Position numbers and translations under genes: made by a program | IMG/VR virus record: IMGVR_UViG_3300020577_004280 | Coordinates: 32,001-96,000 of that record | Length of the DNA stretch: 64,000 bases | From: a virus | Taxonomy: Duplodnaviria > Caudoviricetes | Reading direction: 5' to 3' (one strand) | Shown here: one piece after another, positions 45,904-55,409 of the stretch | Layout of the letters: each line of letters opens with the position of its first letter | Position numbering within the stretch: the first letter of the stretch is position 1 | Notes under the pieces: generated by a model | Databases searched by the model: none | Told to the model about the DNA's origin: nothing | Seen by the model: the letters and a program-made list of their open reading frames with translations, nothing else

Positions 45904-47848
45904 CAGTCTTGGTACACTCAAAATGTGTGAGACTCAATACTACATCTCTTATGTTCTAGGAATAGACCAAAGAGCCAACCAACGAGCAGAGCTTGGTACA
46001 ATATTCCACAAAGTTATGGAATGCCTAGCGTTATGTAGATTAAGAGAGCAAAAAAACGAAGATTACGTCATTAATGATGATGCGGTTGGAGAGATTTTAA
46101 ACAATTTTGATTTTAAGTCTGATGGTGGTATATCGATATTAATTGATAGAGCGTATGATTATTATACCAAACGCAGCACACACGAATATAAAAAAGCACA
46201 CTATAAAGAAGTGTGTCAGTGGATACCGGATACTTTAAATTATAAAGGTGGTATTTATGACCCTCGTAAACGAGATATATTTGCCGCCGAACAGAAATTT
46301 GATATTGAAATTCCTTATGATTGGGCTAAATATAAATACGAACTAAATGGCGAGACCGTTGAAGGTAACTTGCGTATTAAAGGTACAATCGATTTAATAC
46401 TTGATATAAATACTGACACTGTAGAGGTTTGCGATTGGAAAGGGCTTCCGCTAGAAACTAAAATTCCAACACCTACCGGTTTTACGACGATGGGCGGGAT
46501 TAAAGTTGGTGACAAAGTTTTTGACCAAAAAGGCCATCAATGTAATGTAGTGGGTAAATCAGATGTCAAAGTAAAAGATTGTTACAAAATAATATTTGAT
46601 GACAAAACATCAGTTATTTGTGACAATGAACATTTATGGAAAATGTACGACGGAAAAGTCAAACCTGTCACTGAGTTAAAAATAAATGACAAGATAAATG
46701 TTGCGAAGGCTATAGAATGCGACGAGGTTGATTTGCCAATAGACCCATATTTACTTGGTTTATGGTTGGGTGATGGTAAAAATAGAAGCAGCGAAATTAA
46801 TTGCGGGGATGCTGAAATATTTCAAACACTAATAAATAAAAGTTTTGAAATTGGAGAAAATCTTGAGAAGCGTAAAAAAACACTAGAAACAAGAACGACA
46901 CTTAATCAGACTGGAAAATTTAGAGAACTAAATCTATTGCACAATAAGCATATTCCAGAAATATATTTTAGAGCATCTTTTAATCAAAGATTAGAATTGT
47001 TGCAAGGACTTATGGATACAGACGGCAATGTAAATTCAGTAAGAAAACAAGCTGTGTTTACATCTTGTAACAAAAAACTATCTGACGACGTTAAACATTT
47101 ATTATTAACTTTGGGACAAAGACCAAATCAGGTTTTTGTAACTAAAAATTCTAGATTTACATCTGGTACAAGCTATCGAAATGTTAAAATATATCCACTC
47201 GCATTTAAGCCGATAGATATAAACCCGTTTCTTATTTCTGGAAAAAGAGACAGGATTCTTAAAGCATGGGGTCATGGTAAGTCTTCAATAAGAAGAATTG
47301 TTTCCATCGAAGTTAGCCCAGCTTGTCAAACCCAATGCATTTCTGTAGATAGTCCAGATAATACGTATCTTTGTACAGAAAATTACATTCCTACTCATAA
47401 TACTGGAGCTACTAGAAAAGATTGGGCGACAGGCAAGCAAAAAGAGTATGCAGACTTTCAAAAAGATACTCAACTAATGCTTTACTATTACGCCATCAAG
47501 AAACTCTACCCGGATAAAAATGTTATATTTACAATCTTTTGGGTGAGAGATGGGGGTCCATTCACCCTTTGTTTTGATGACTCTGACATGCTCGCAGTCG
47601 AGCAAAACCTGAAAGAAAAATCTTCGTATATTTGGAACAATACGCAACCTTCTATGTTGTCAAAAACACAAAACGATTTTAGATGTTATCGTTTATGTCA
47701 TTATTGTAAAAATGATTGGCCGGGAACCAGTATCAATATTTGTAATTATGTGCAACAACACATAAAGAAAAACGGTATACAAAATACAACAGAAGAATTG
47801 ATGGCCAAAGGGTTCAATCCCGGAATTTATCGTTCTCCGGGAGAATAA
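45878..47848 (+). CDS. PD-(D/E)xK RecB/Cas4-like exonuclease with intein
   Basis: GTIFH, GTIDL, DWK|TG, QLMLY, C-terminal CxxxCxxC. Confidence 0.85.
   Translation: MITAYIRSSSLGTLKMCETQYYISYVLGIDQRANQRAELGTIFHKVMECLALCRLREQKNEDYVINDDAVGEILNNFDFKSDGGISILIDRAYDYYTKRSTHEYKKAHYKEVCQWIPDTLNYKGGIYDPRKRDIFAAEQKFDIEIPYDWAKYKYELNGETVEGNLRIKGTIDLILDINTDTVEVCDWKGLPLETKIPTPTGFTTMGGIKVGDKVFDQKGHQCNVVGKSDVKVKDCYKIIFDDKTSVICDNEHLWKMYDGKVKPVTELKINDKINVAKAIECDEVDLPIDPYLLGLWLGDGKNRSSEINCGDAEIFQTLINKSFEIGENLEKRKKTLETRTTLNQTGKFRELNLLHNKHIPEIYFRASFNQRLELLQGLMDTDGNVNSVRKQAVFTSCNKKLSDDVKHLLLTLGQRPNQVFVTKNSRFTSGTSYRNVKIYPLAFKPIDINPFLISGKRDRILKAWGHGKSSIRRIVSIEVSPACQTQCISVDSPDNTYLCTENYIPTHNTGATRKDWATGKQKEYADFQKDTQLMLYYYAIKKLYPDKNVIFTIFWVRDGGPFTLCFDDSDMLAVEQNLKEKSSYIWNNTQPSMLSKTQNDFRCYRLCHYCKNDWPGTSINICNYVQQHIKKNGIQNTTEELMAKGFNPGIYRSPGE
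46442..47401 (+). mobile_element. class 3 intein (320 aa) starting with Gly
   Basis: GLPLETKIPTP; W-C-T signature (EHLW, TQCISV, PTHN|T); LGLWLGDG, QGLMDTDG. Confidence 0.8.
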
Positions 47849-47863
47849 TGAAAGGATTTGTAA

Positions 47864-49021
47864 ATGTTTGAACAGTTTACCAGTATGATTACAAATAATC
47901 AATTAGCGTCAGCAGGTATGCTTACCGTAATCACAGGAAGTATCCTAGCTTATTGTAGAAGTTTTCCAAGCAAAATATATCAACTTTTCTTGCTTTATTT
48001 TACCACAGAGTTAGATTTAAAAAATGGAAGTTCGGCTTACTATTGGACCAATTATTGGTTTAGCGGTCTTGAAACAACAAAATATGGTAAATTTGAAATA
48101 GATGTAATGAGAGATGATATCAAATACACTATTGCTGATGGAACATATTGGCGATGGTATAATAATAGATTGGTAATAGTTAATAAATATCGTAAGAAAT
48201 CAGATGATAATAGAGAACAAGAATGGATATCTTTACGATTTTTTGCAACTAAAAAAATTACATCTCAGTTTTTAGCAGAAATCAAAAAGAACGCAGATGC
48301 TACTGAATTTTCATATATTTCTGTAAATGTTAATAATGGTGGATGTTGGCGAAATTTAACAAGTAGACCTATAAATATTAGCGAACCAATTCTAGAAAAA
48401 GATACTTTTCGACATATTGTTGATGACGCTGAACAGTTTGTTAAAAGCGAAAACCTTTATAATGAACGTGGACTAGTGTATAAGCGTGGTTATATCTTTT
48501 CCGGTCCACCTGGCAATGGTAAAACCACAACAATCGCGGCTATGGCAGCTAGACTTAAAAGACATATATATCATATTTGTCTTAATAATATCACCAGTCA
48601 GCAATTTATAGAGTTAATTTCTTATATTTCTCCTGCTTCTTTATTAATCTTGGAAGATATTGATTGTATTAAATCAGTTAAGAGTAGAATAGATTGTCAG
48701 TCTGACAATGAAAAGCCTCTACCATTAGATATGAGTACAATATTAAACGTACTTGACGGCAATCTAACTCCACATGGCCTAATGTTCGTAATGACTACTA
48801 ATCATAAAGATAAATTAGACCCAGCTTTATTGAGACCTGGAAGAACAGATGTTCATGTAGAAATCAATGGTCCAAATCAAGATAAAGTTAAAAGATTGTA
48901 TAATAGATTAATGGGTACCAATGAAGGTTTTGAAGAGTTTGCAAAATACGAATTTACATCAATGGCAGAAGCACAAAATAAAATTCTAGAATTGAAAGGA
49001 ACCTATGTGGTCTCCACTTAA
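47864..49021 (+). CDS. BCS1-like AAA+ ATPase
   Basis: N-terminal TM, YKRGY, GPPGNGKT, LEDID, TTNH..LDPALLRPGR. Confidence 0.85.
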   Translation: MFEQFTSMITNNQLASAGMLTVITGSILAYCRSFPSKIYQLFLLYFTTELDLKNGSSAYYWTNYWFSGLETTKYGKFEIDVMRDDIKYTIADGTYWRWYNNRLVIVNKYRKKSDDNREQEWISLRFFATKKITSQFLAEIKKNADATEFSYISVNVNNGGCWRNLTSRPINISEPILEKDTFRHIVDDAEQFVKSENLYNERGLVYKRGYIFSGPPGNGKTTTIAAMAARLKRHIYHICLNNITSQQFIELISYISPASLLILEDIDCIKSVKSRIDCQSDNEKPLPLDMSTILNVLDGNLTPHGLMFVMTTNHKDKLDPALLRPGRTDVHVEINGPNQDKVKRLYNRLMGTNEGFEEFAKYEFTSMAEAQNKILELKGTYVVST

Positions 49022-50561
49022 CGTTTTAACGCATTTTTCTCCCTGTGTAGGTTTTAATAAACCTGAACAATTGCTTGAGAAATGTAAAGAATATGGTTAT
49101 ACTAGCTGCGCGATTACAGATGAATGTACTTTGTCTGGAACAGTTGATTTCTTAGAGCAAGCTAAGAAACATGGAATTAAACCAATCATTGGTGCTAGAT
49201 TTGGTGATACGCTCTTATTAAGTAAAAATTATAATGGTTGGCTTAATCTAATTAAGATGACCTCAAAAAAGAATATTTTAGAATACAATGGTAATGATAG
49301 CTTAATAGCTATCGTACCGGATACATATTCTCAAGAAGACTTATTTACTCTAAAAGATGTATTTGAGAACATCTACTCTTATTCTGAAGTTGGATGTGAG
49401 CAAAAATGCTTGTACCCAATGTCAGAAAGTAAAAAAGACTACTCTATTCTAGCGGAAGAATTATTACAAAGCGAACATTCGCTAATGCCACCAAGTATTA
49501 CGCTTTCATTAGATAAAAACGTGTTATCTAAGAATGCAGAAATAGTAGAACAGTGCGAAGAATACGCTATCAGTAAAGGGTTAAACTTACCTGAATTCAC
49601 TCCACCTGTCGGTGTGTCTCAATATGATTATATGGTTGAGTTATGTCGTAAAGGGTGGAATAAAAAAATTAAAGGTAAAATCCCAAAGGATAAAGAACAG
49701 GAATACATCGATAGAATTAAGATGGAATTAGACGTTTTCAAAAATATCGGACTTGAAGGATATTTTCTAATTGTACAAGATTACATCTCTTTCGCAAAAA
49801 GTAATAAATGGTTATGCAGTCCTAGTCGTGGGTCAGTCGGAGGCAGTTTAGCTTCATATTTACTTGATATTACCTCTATTGACCCAATATTCTACAATCT
49901 ATCTTTTGAGAGATTTTATAATGCTGGCCGTAACACAAAAGATAATAAAACGATGCCCGATATTGATACAGACTTTCCTAAAAATAAGCGTGATTTAGTA
50001 ATTGCTTATATCAAAAATAAATACGGTCATGACAAAGTATCACAAATTGTTACTTTCCATGAACTTAAAGGAAAGTCAGCGATAAAAGAGGTTTGTCGCG
50101 CACATAAAGCTGTTTCATTTGATGAAATGAATGCTATTACAAAACACATTCCGTCAAAAGAAGAAATATCAGACTTACTTGCCGATAGCAACGAATCATC
50201 AATTTTACGGTGGACACTACAAAACGAGCCAGATGTACTCAAAGACTGGGTAACTATGGATGAAGAAGGTAATATATCTGGTGATATGGCGTCTTTATTT
50301 GAACAAGCTATAAGACTTGAAGGTACGATTATAGGTTCTGGTAAACATGCTTCTGGTATTGTAATCTCTGGTCAGCCGTTAGCTGATTGTTGCCCAATGA
50401 TAGAAGATAAAGATGGTGAAATGATAGCTGGTTTTAATATGTCACATTTGGAAAAAGCCGGATTTATTAAATTTGATATATTGGGAGTTACTGTGTTAGA
50501 TAAACTAATGGGTATCAATAACCTATTAAGATATGGTAAAATTAACGTGGAGGAACAATGA
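49005..50561 (+). CDS. dnaE: DNA polymerase III alpha, N-terminal part
   Basis: PHP domain, RGSVGGS, FERF, MPDIDTDF, HASG, KFDILG. Confidence 0.88.
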   Translation: MWSPLNVLTHFSPCVGFNKPEQLLEKCKEYGYTSCAITDECTLSGTVDFLEQAKKHGIKPIIGARFGDTLLLSKNYNGWLNLIKMTSKKNILEYNGNDSLIAIVPDTYSQEDLFTLKDVFENIYSYSEVGCEQKCLYPMSESKKDYSILAEELLQSEHSLMPPSITLSLDKNVLSKNAEIVEQCEEYAISKGLNLPEFTPPVGVSQYDYMVELCRKGWNKKIKGKIPKDKEQEYIDRIKMELDVFKNIGLEGYFLIVQDYISFAKSNKWLCSPSRGSVGGSLASYLLDITSIDPIFYNLSFERFYNAGRNTKDNKTMPDIDTDFPKNKRDLVIAYIKNKYGHDKVSQIVTFHELKGKSAIKEVCRAHKAVSFDEMNAITKHIPSKEEISDLLADSNESSILRWTLQNEPDVLKDWVTMDEEGNISGDMASLFEQAIRLEGTIIGSGKHASGIVISGQPLADCCPMIEDKDGEMIAGFNMSHLEKAGFIKFDILGVTVLDKLMGINNLLRYGKINVEEQ

Positions 50562-50803
50562 GTCGTAGATTAGATGAAATATCAGTAATTGAATTAGTTG
50601 AAAATGGTTGTGAAATCCTGATTGGTAGACTATCAATTACTCCAATTAAAAGACATCAAAACGCTAAATTAGAATATATGGTAGATTGTGACCATTATAA
50701 AGCTAAAATTAGTAAATTATTTAAGAGTGCCAGAGAAGCTGCGGAAAAATTCTGTATGTTAAAAAACGTAATATACGGTGGACGTAGAAATGACCTTGAT
50801 TAA
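50558..50803 (+). CDS. hypothetical protein
   Basis: ORF. Confidence 0.55.
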   Translation: MSRRLDEISVIELVENGCEILIGRLSITPIKRHQNAKLEYMVDCDHYKAKISKLFKSAREAAEKFCMLKNVIYGGRRNDLD

Positions 50804-51317
50804 TGATATTCTAACATGTAAGCGTTGCCCACTATCTTCTTTTCATAGTCCGGTTAAACCATTATGGTTTTCCAATAAGCCCACAGTTATGATGGTTTTT
50901 GGACATCCGGCTAAGGAAGAATTATTGATTAACGAACCGTTAGCTATTAATGTGAAGTTATTTATCAAAAAACATGTAGATTTAGAAAAGATATATTTTA
51001 CCAACTTGGTCAAGTGTGGTTGTAAAGTAAGTAAAGTGCCAAACAAAAAAAGTATTAATGAATGTTCCGCTTGGATAAACCAAGAAATAGAGATGGTAAA
51101 ACCGAAAACAATTATATCTTGCGGCCAATTGGCCAACAAATACTTTTTTGGACAAACATTTAATAATGAAGCTAACTTATATTCTTCAAAAATCGTAGTC
51201 ATAGACCATAAACTACAATATAATTTAGTAGCATTTCCAAGTATATTTCAGACTTTAAATCACTCTAAACAAGAGGTAGAAGAATTGATTAAAAATCTAA
51301 AAAAGGAGATTATGTGA
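50778..51317 (+). CDS. uracil-DNA glycosylase family 4-like (divergent)
   Basis: CKRCPL, YFTNLVKC, C..WINQEI..KPK.I...G. Confidence 0.7.
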   Translation: MDVEMTLINDILTCKRCPLSSFHSPVKPLWFSNKPTVMMVFGHPAKEELLINEPLAINVKLFIKKHVDLEKIYFTNLVKCGCKVSKVPNKKSINECSAWINQEIEMVKPKTIISCGQLANKYFFGQTFNNEANLYSSKIVVIDHKLQYNLVAFPSIFQTLNHSKQEVEELIKNLKKEIM

Positions 51318-51805
51318 GTAAAGCATTCGGGATAGGCCATAAAGGCGAACAAGAGGTAATAGCTCTTTTAAATAGATGCGGAATTATTACAGAAAAAGAA
51401 CCAGATAAAGAAAAAAGATATGACCACGACCTAGTTTGCCAATTGGGTAAGAAGAGGTTTACTTGTGAAGTAAAATTTGATTCTATGGCGTGTCAAACAG
51501 GCAATCTAGCAATAGAATGGTGGAATTCAAAAAAAAACGAACCGAGCGGTCTTACAGTAACCAAAGCAAATTTATGGGTTCATTTAATAAGAGACGGTAG
51601 TAATATCACTGTATGGGTGACTAACACCAATACTCTGCGAGAGTATGTAAAAAATAATGAGCCACATAAGAAAATAGAGAAGGCGGGCGACGACAACGCA
51701 TCTCTGAATTTATATCGTACAGATGATATTCTTAGTATATTTGAAAGATTAGATAATATTTCAGATAAAGACGTATTAACAATTATAAGAAAGGCATTGA
51801 AATGA
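51314..51805 (+). CDS. PD-(D/E)xK nuclease-like protein
   Basis: GE, HDL, EVKFD, TGNLAIE, PSGL. Confidence 0.65.
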   Translation: MSKAFGIGHKGEQEVIALLNRCGIITEKEPDKEKRYDHDLVCQLGKKRFTCEVKFDSMACQTGNLAIEWWNSKKNEPSGLTVTKANLWVHLIRDGSNITVWVTNTNTLREYVKNNEPHKKIEKAGDDNASLNLYRTDDILSIFERLDNISDKDVLTIIRKALK

Positions 51806-52077
51806 GAAATATAATTTTTACACTAGTACTATTAACAACTTCTCTGTATGGACAAGGTACCATAGTGAGTAGACCCAATTACTTCAGAGGACAAACCTAC
51901 TACCAAAATGGTCGGTATTTAGGACAAAGTAGACAAAATATATTTGGCGGGCAAAACTACTATAATAATCAAGGTAGATATTTTATGCGAAGCATACCAA
52001 CATTGAACGGTGGATATAGATATAATTATATTGGAAACGGTTATAGAGGATATAATAACAGTCTGAGAGGTTGGTAA
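51802..52077 (+). CDS. secreted G/Y/N-rich repeat protein
   Basis: Signal peptide and N.FGG.NYY repeats. Confidence 0.55.
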   Translation: MRNIIFTLVLLTTSLYGQGTIVSRPNYFRGQTYYQNGRYLGQSRQNIFGGQNYYNNQGRYFMRSIPTLNGGYRYNYIGNGYRGYNNSLRGW

Positions 52078-52775
52078 TGGGTAGGAATAATTACGTTTTT
52101 CTAGATTTTGAGACCGGAAGTAAAAACAAATACAAAACACAGCCGACACAATTAGCTGCTGTGGCGTTGGATGGTAGAACTGGCAAGATTATCAAAGGTA
52201 GTGAATTCTGCTCTTTTATTAAACCAATCTTTGACCCGTCTGAATGTAAAAAACTTGGAATTGATGAAATCCAAGATGAAGCTCTAGAGATTACCAAAAT
52301 CACAGTAGAACAACTTGAGACCGCCCCGGATATTAAAACCGTATGGAAAAGCTTCTGCGAGTATGTTGAGCGATATAGCGTAGGTAAAGGAAAATGGGAC
52401 GCTCCGGTAATGTGTGGTTATAACATTGAGGGGTTCGATAAGGAAATCATTCGTAGAATCGCTGGAGTGAAACCTTATAATCTCGGTCCATTTGATAAAG
52501 AATATCAGGAATGTACGTTATTTCATCCAATTGACCGAATCGATATCATGAAAGATGTTCAACAGTGGACAAGATTCAATACGAGTATTCGTTCTGTATC
52601 TATGGATTCTATGAGAACATATTTTGGGATGAAAAAAGAAGGTGCCCACAACGCTTTAGTTGACGTAAAACAGGGAGCTGCTATACTTGAGAAGTTCTTT
52701 GATTTGTATAAGAATATTTCTCCGCTAATTAAGTTTCAAGGATGTTTTGCTGGACACGCTGAATTCGGAGAGTAA
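52071..52775 (+). CDS. DEDDh 3'-5' exonuclease (DnaQ-like)
   Basis: LDFETG, GYN..FD, HNALVD. Confidence 0.88.
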   Translation: MVMGRNNYVFLDFETGSKNKYKTQPTQLAAVALDGRTGKIIKGSEFCSFIKPIFDPSECKKLGIDEIQDEALEITKITVEQLETAPDIKTVWKSFCEYVERYSVGKGKWDAPVMCGYNIEGFDKEIIRRIAGVKPYNLGPFDKEYQECTLFHPIDRIDIMKDVQQWTRFNTSIRSVSMDSMRTYFGMKKEGAHNALVDVKQGAAILEKFFDLYKNISPLIKFQGCFAGHAEFGE

Positions 52776-52814
52776 GCACGACTGTGTCGTGTATTTGGAT
52801 ATTAGGAGATTTTT

Positions 52815-54455
52815 GTGAATAAATACACTTTTTCTGATTGTAACTGCCAGATTGATATTATTGACGAAAAAATTAAAGAGTGTGATGGTCTACCCGGATT
52901 ATATATAGACTATAATAACCTAAATAAAGATTGTGTGAAAACTTGGGATTTGTTTGCCAAAGGTAAAACCAAGGGTGTATTTCAACTAGAAAAGAATTTA
53001 GGTAAACATTGGTCTAAGTTAGTACATCCTACATCTATAGAATATGTTTCCGCCTTAATCTCAATTTTAAGACCAGGAGTATTAGCTTTTATTACTAATG
53101 GTAAAAGTATGGCGCAGCACTATGTAGATAGAAGAAACGGTTTAGAAAATATTGAGTATATACATCCAGCATTAGAACAAATATTAGGTTCGACATATGG
53201 AATTATATGTTTTCAAGAACAATGTATTAGAATAGCGTCTATTATAGCTGGATTTAATTTACAAGAAGCAGATAGTCTAAGAAAAGCATGTGGTAAAAAG
53301 GACGCAAAATTAATGCTTTCATTAGAAAATAAGTTTGTTGATGGATGTGAGAAAACAGGATTAGTAGATAGAGAAATTGGTATAGAATTATTTGATAATA
53401 TTAAAAAATCTAATAGGTACGCGTTTAATCTCAGCCATTCTGTTGGTTACGGAGAAATTTCCTACTGGACAGCCTACGCTAAAGCACATTTTCCTTTACA
53501 ATTCTGTTGTTCATACCTATACTATGCTAGAGAGAAGATGAAACCACAAGAGGAAGTGGAAGAAATCATTCTTGACGCAAAAGATATGAATATCGATATC
53601 CTAACTCCAGATTTAAATCTGTTGTTCAACGGTGATTACGGCGATTTCTCAATATTCAAAGGAAAAATCAACTTTGGGGTAAGAAACATTAAAGGTTGTG
53701 GCGATTCTCATGTAGATAAGATGATTAAGATAATCGAAGAGGGACAACGCCTGATTGATAAATCAGTAAAAGATTGGTCATGGACAGAGTTGATGTTTCT
53801 ACTCTTCCTCAGATTAAATAAAACGATAGTGAACGGTCTAATCTCTGTTGGCGGCGTATCACATCTGGGTCTATCCAGACAGAAGATGTTGCATGATTAT
53901 AATCTATGTTCTGCTCTAGACGTAAAAGATTTAGCTATCATTCAAAATAACATTAAGTCTCTATCTTCAATAGAAGATTGTATATCGTTGCTTCATAAAA
54001 CTCCCAAATTACATAAAGCTAGAATTGCCAAATACTTAGAGATAACCAAAGGGATGAACGAAACTCCATTTGCTGTAGATGACCCGCCAGCTTGGATAGC
54101 AGAAAAGGAACAACACTATTTAGGCACATCCATAAGCTGTCTTAAATGTGACACGGTAGACCAAATCGGCAATACTACCTGTAAGGAGTTCAACGATGGC
54201 AAAGCTGAGAAAAATATGTCAATTGTCGGCGAATTGAAATCAATTCGAGAATTTTTAATAAAAAATGGTAACTTAGCTGGCCAAAAAATGTGTTTTGGTA
54301 CTATAGAAGATAGTAGTGGAAGGACAGATTTTTCGTTGTCACCGAAAGAATATCAGTCGTATTTGAATGAATTGTTCAAAGGTAATATAGTAATGATGAC
54401 TGGTGGAAAAGGAAAAAACAGCAACTTTCAAGTTAAGAAAGTAATTTCAGTATGA
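52815..54455 (+). CDS. dnaE: DNA polymerase III alpha, C-terminal part
   Basis: GVFQLE, RPG, FQEQ, LRKA.GKK, YAFNLSH, HhH and OB-fold regions. Confidence 0.88.
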   Translation: MNKYTFSDCNCQIDIIDEKIKECDGLPGLYIDYNNLNKDCVKTWDLFAKGKTKGVFQLEKNLGKHWSKLVHPTSIEYVSALISILRPGVLAFITNGKSMAQHYVDRRNGLENIEYIHPALEQILGSTYGIICFQEQCIRIASIIAGFNLQEADSLRKACGKKDAKLMLSLENKFVDGCEKTGLVDREIGIELFDNIKKSNRYAFNLSHSVGYGEISYWTAYAKAHFPLQFCCSYLYYAREKMKPQEEVEEIILDAKDMNIDILTPDLNLLFNGDYGDFSIFKGKINFGVRNIKGCGDSHVDKMIKIIEEGQRLIDKSVKDWSWTELMFLLFLRLNKTIVNGLISVGGVSHLGLSRQKMLHDYNLCSALDVKDLAIIQNNIKSLSSIEDCISLLHKTPKLHKARIAKYLEITKGMNETPFAVDDPPAWIAEKEQHYLGTSISCLKCDTVDQIGNTTCKEFNDGKAEKNMSIVGELKSIREFLIKNGNLAGQKMCFGTIEDSSGRTDFSLSPKEYQSYLNELFKGNIVMMTGGKGKNSNFQVKKVISV

Positions 54456-54943
54456 ATAAATGTTTAGAATTACATATAAAACATAATTATTTCGTTAAAG
54501 CTGAAAAATTAAAAGAAAATCAAGTTAAAGTTAGATTCCCAAAACATATAAAAGAATCTTTACCTGAATTGGAAACAACTTACCAATTATTAGATAAAGA
54601 ATTTATTATGTCATATAATGGTAAACTGCGTAAATTAAAATCACCTAATTACGCATTAAGAACTTTAATGATGGCGGATATTCTGATTAATTTAGATGTC
54701 TATGATATAGCTACAGAATTAATAGTTTTATATGAAAATAATGAAATAGTAAAACCAGCTAATGGTTTAATGGATTTAATCAAACCTACATTCGACGCCG
54801 GTGATGAAAAAAAAGAATTAGGAATGACCACAATATTAACCCAAGTTGTATTGGGAGATTTTAGTGATGTCAAACAGAATACAGAAAAGTTTGATATCGA
54901 AGAAGGTGTAGAAGTTTTATTTTTATTGTTACAAGGAGATTGA
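54452..54943 (+). CDS. hypothetical protein
   Basis: ORF. Confidence 0.6.
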   Translation: MNKCLELHIKHNYFVKAEKLKENQVKVRFPKHIKESLPELETTYQLLDKEFIMSYNGKLRKLKSPNYALRTLMMADILINLDVYDIATELIVLYENNEIVKPANGLMDLIKPTFDAGDEKKELGMTTILTQVVLGDFSDVKQNTEKFDIEEGVEVLFLLLQGD

Positions 54944-55335
54944 AAATGTTTAAAGCGTTCGGCGAAGGTCGATTTGTGAAAGACCCAGTAGTAAAAGAAG
55001 TAGGTAATACAAGAGTAGCTAAGTTTACACTAGCTGTAAACGAATATCGAAAAGCCAAAGAAGGTGCTGTAGACGGCGACGACAATAAGATTACCAGTTT
55101 CTTTGATTTTGAAGCTTGGGATACGGCGGCCGATGTTATCGGTAAGCTATGTCAAAAGGGCACACGTATGTTAGTATCAGCTAAACCACGCCAAGATAGT
55201 TGGAAGGATAAGGAAGATAAACCACATTCCCGTATCCTATTCAGAGTTGAAGAATTCACTATTCTTGACAAGCGTAAAGAGCTAGAACCTGTTGCTGCAA
55301 CATCAGATATGTCAGCAGATGACAAGCCGTTCTAA
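54940..55335 (+). CDS. ssb: single-stranded DNA-binding protein
   Basis: GRFVKDP, FTLAVN, AWD, acidic tail DDKPF. Confidence 0.9.
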   Translation: MKMFKAFGEGRFVKDPVVKEVGNTRVAKFTLAVNEYRKAKEGAVDGDDNKITSFFDFEAWDTAADVIGKLCQKGTRMLVSAKPRQDSWKDKEDKPHSRILFRVEEFTILDKRKELEPVAATSDMSADDKPF

Positions 55336-55355
55336 CACTTTAAATCATATCTAAC

Positions 55356-55395
55356 ACTAGTCGGGAACTAATCACTCCCGGCTAGTTTTCTATTT
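55356..55395 (+). terminator. intrinsic terminator
   Basis: ACTAGTCGGGA/TCCCGGCTAGT hairpin followed by T-rich run. Confidence 0.7.
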
Positions 55396-55409
55396 TATAT
55401 ATTAATTTT

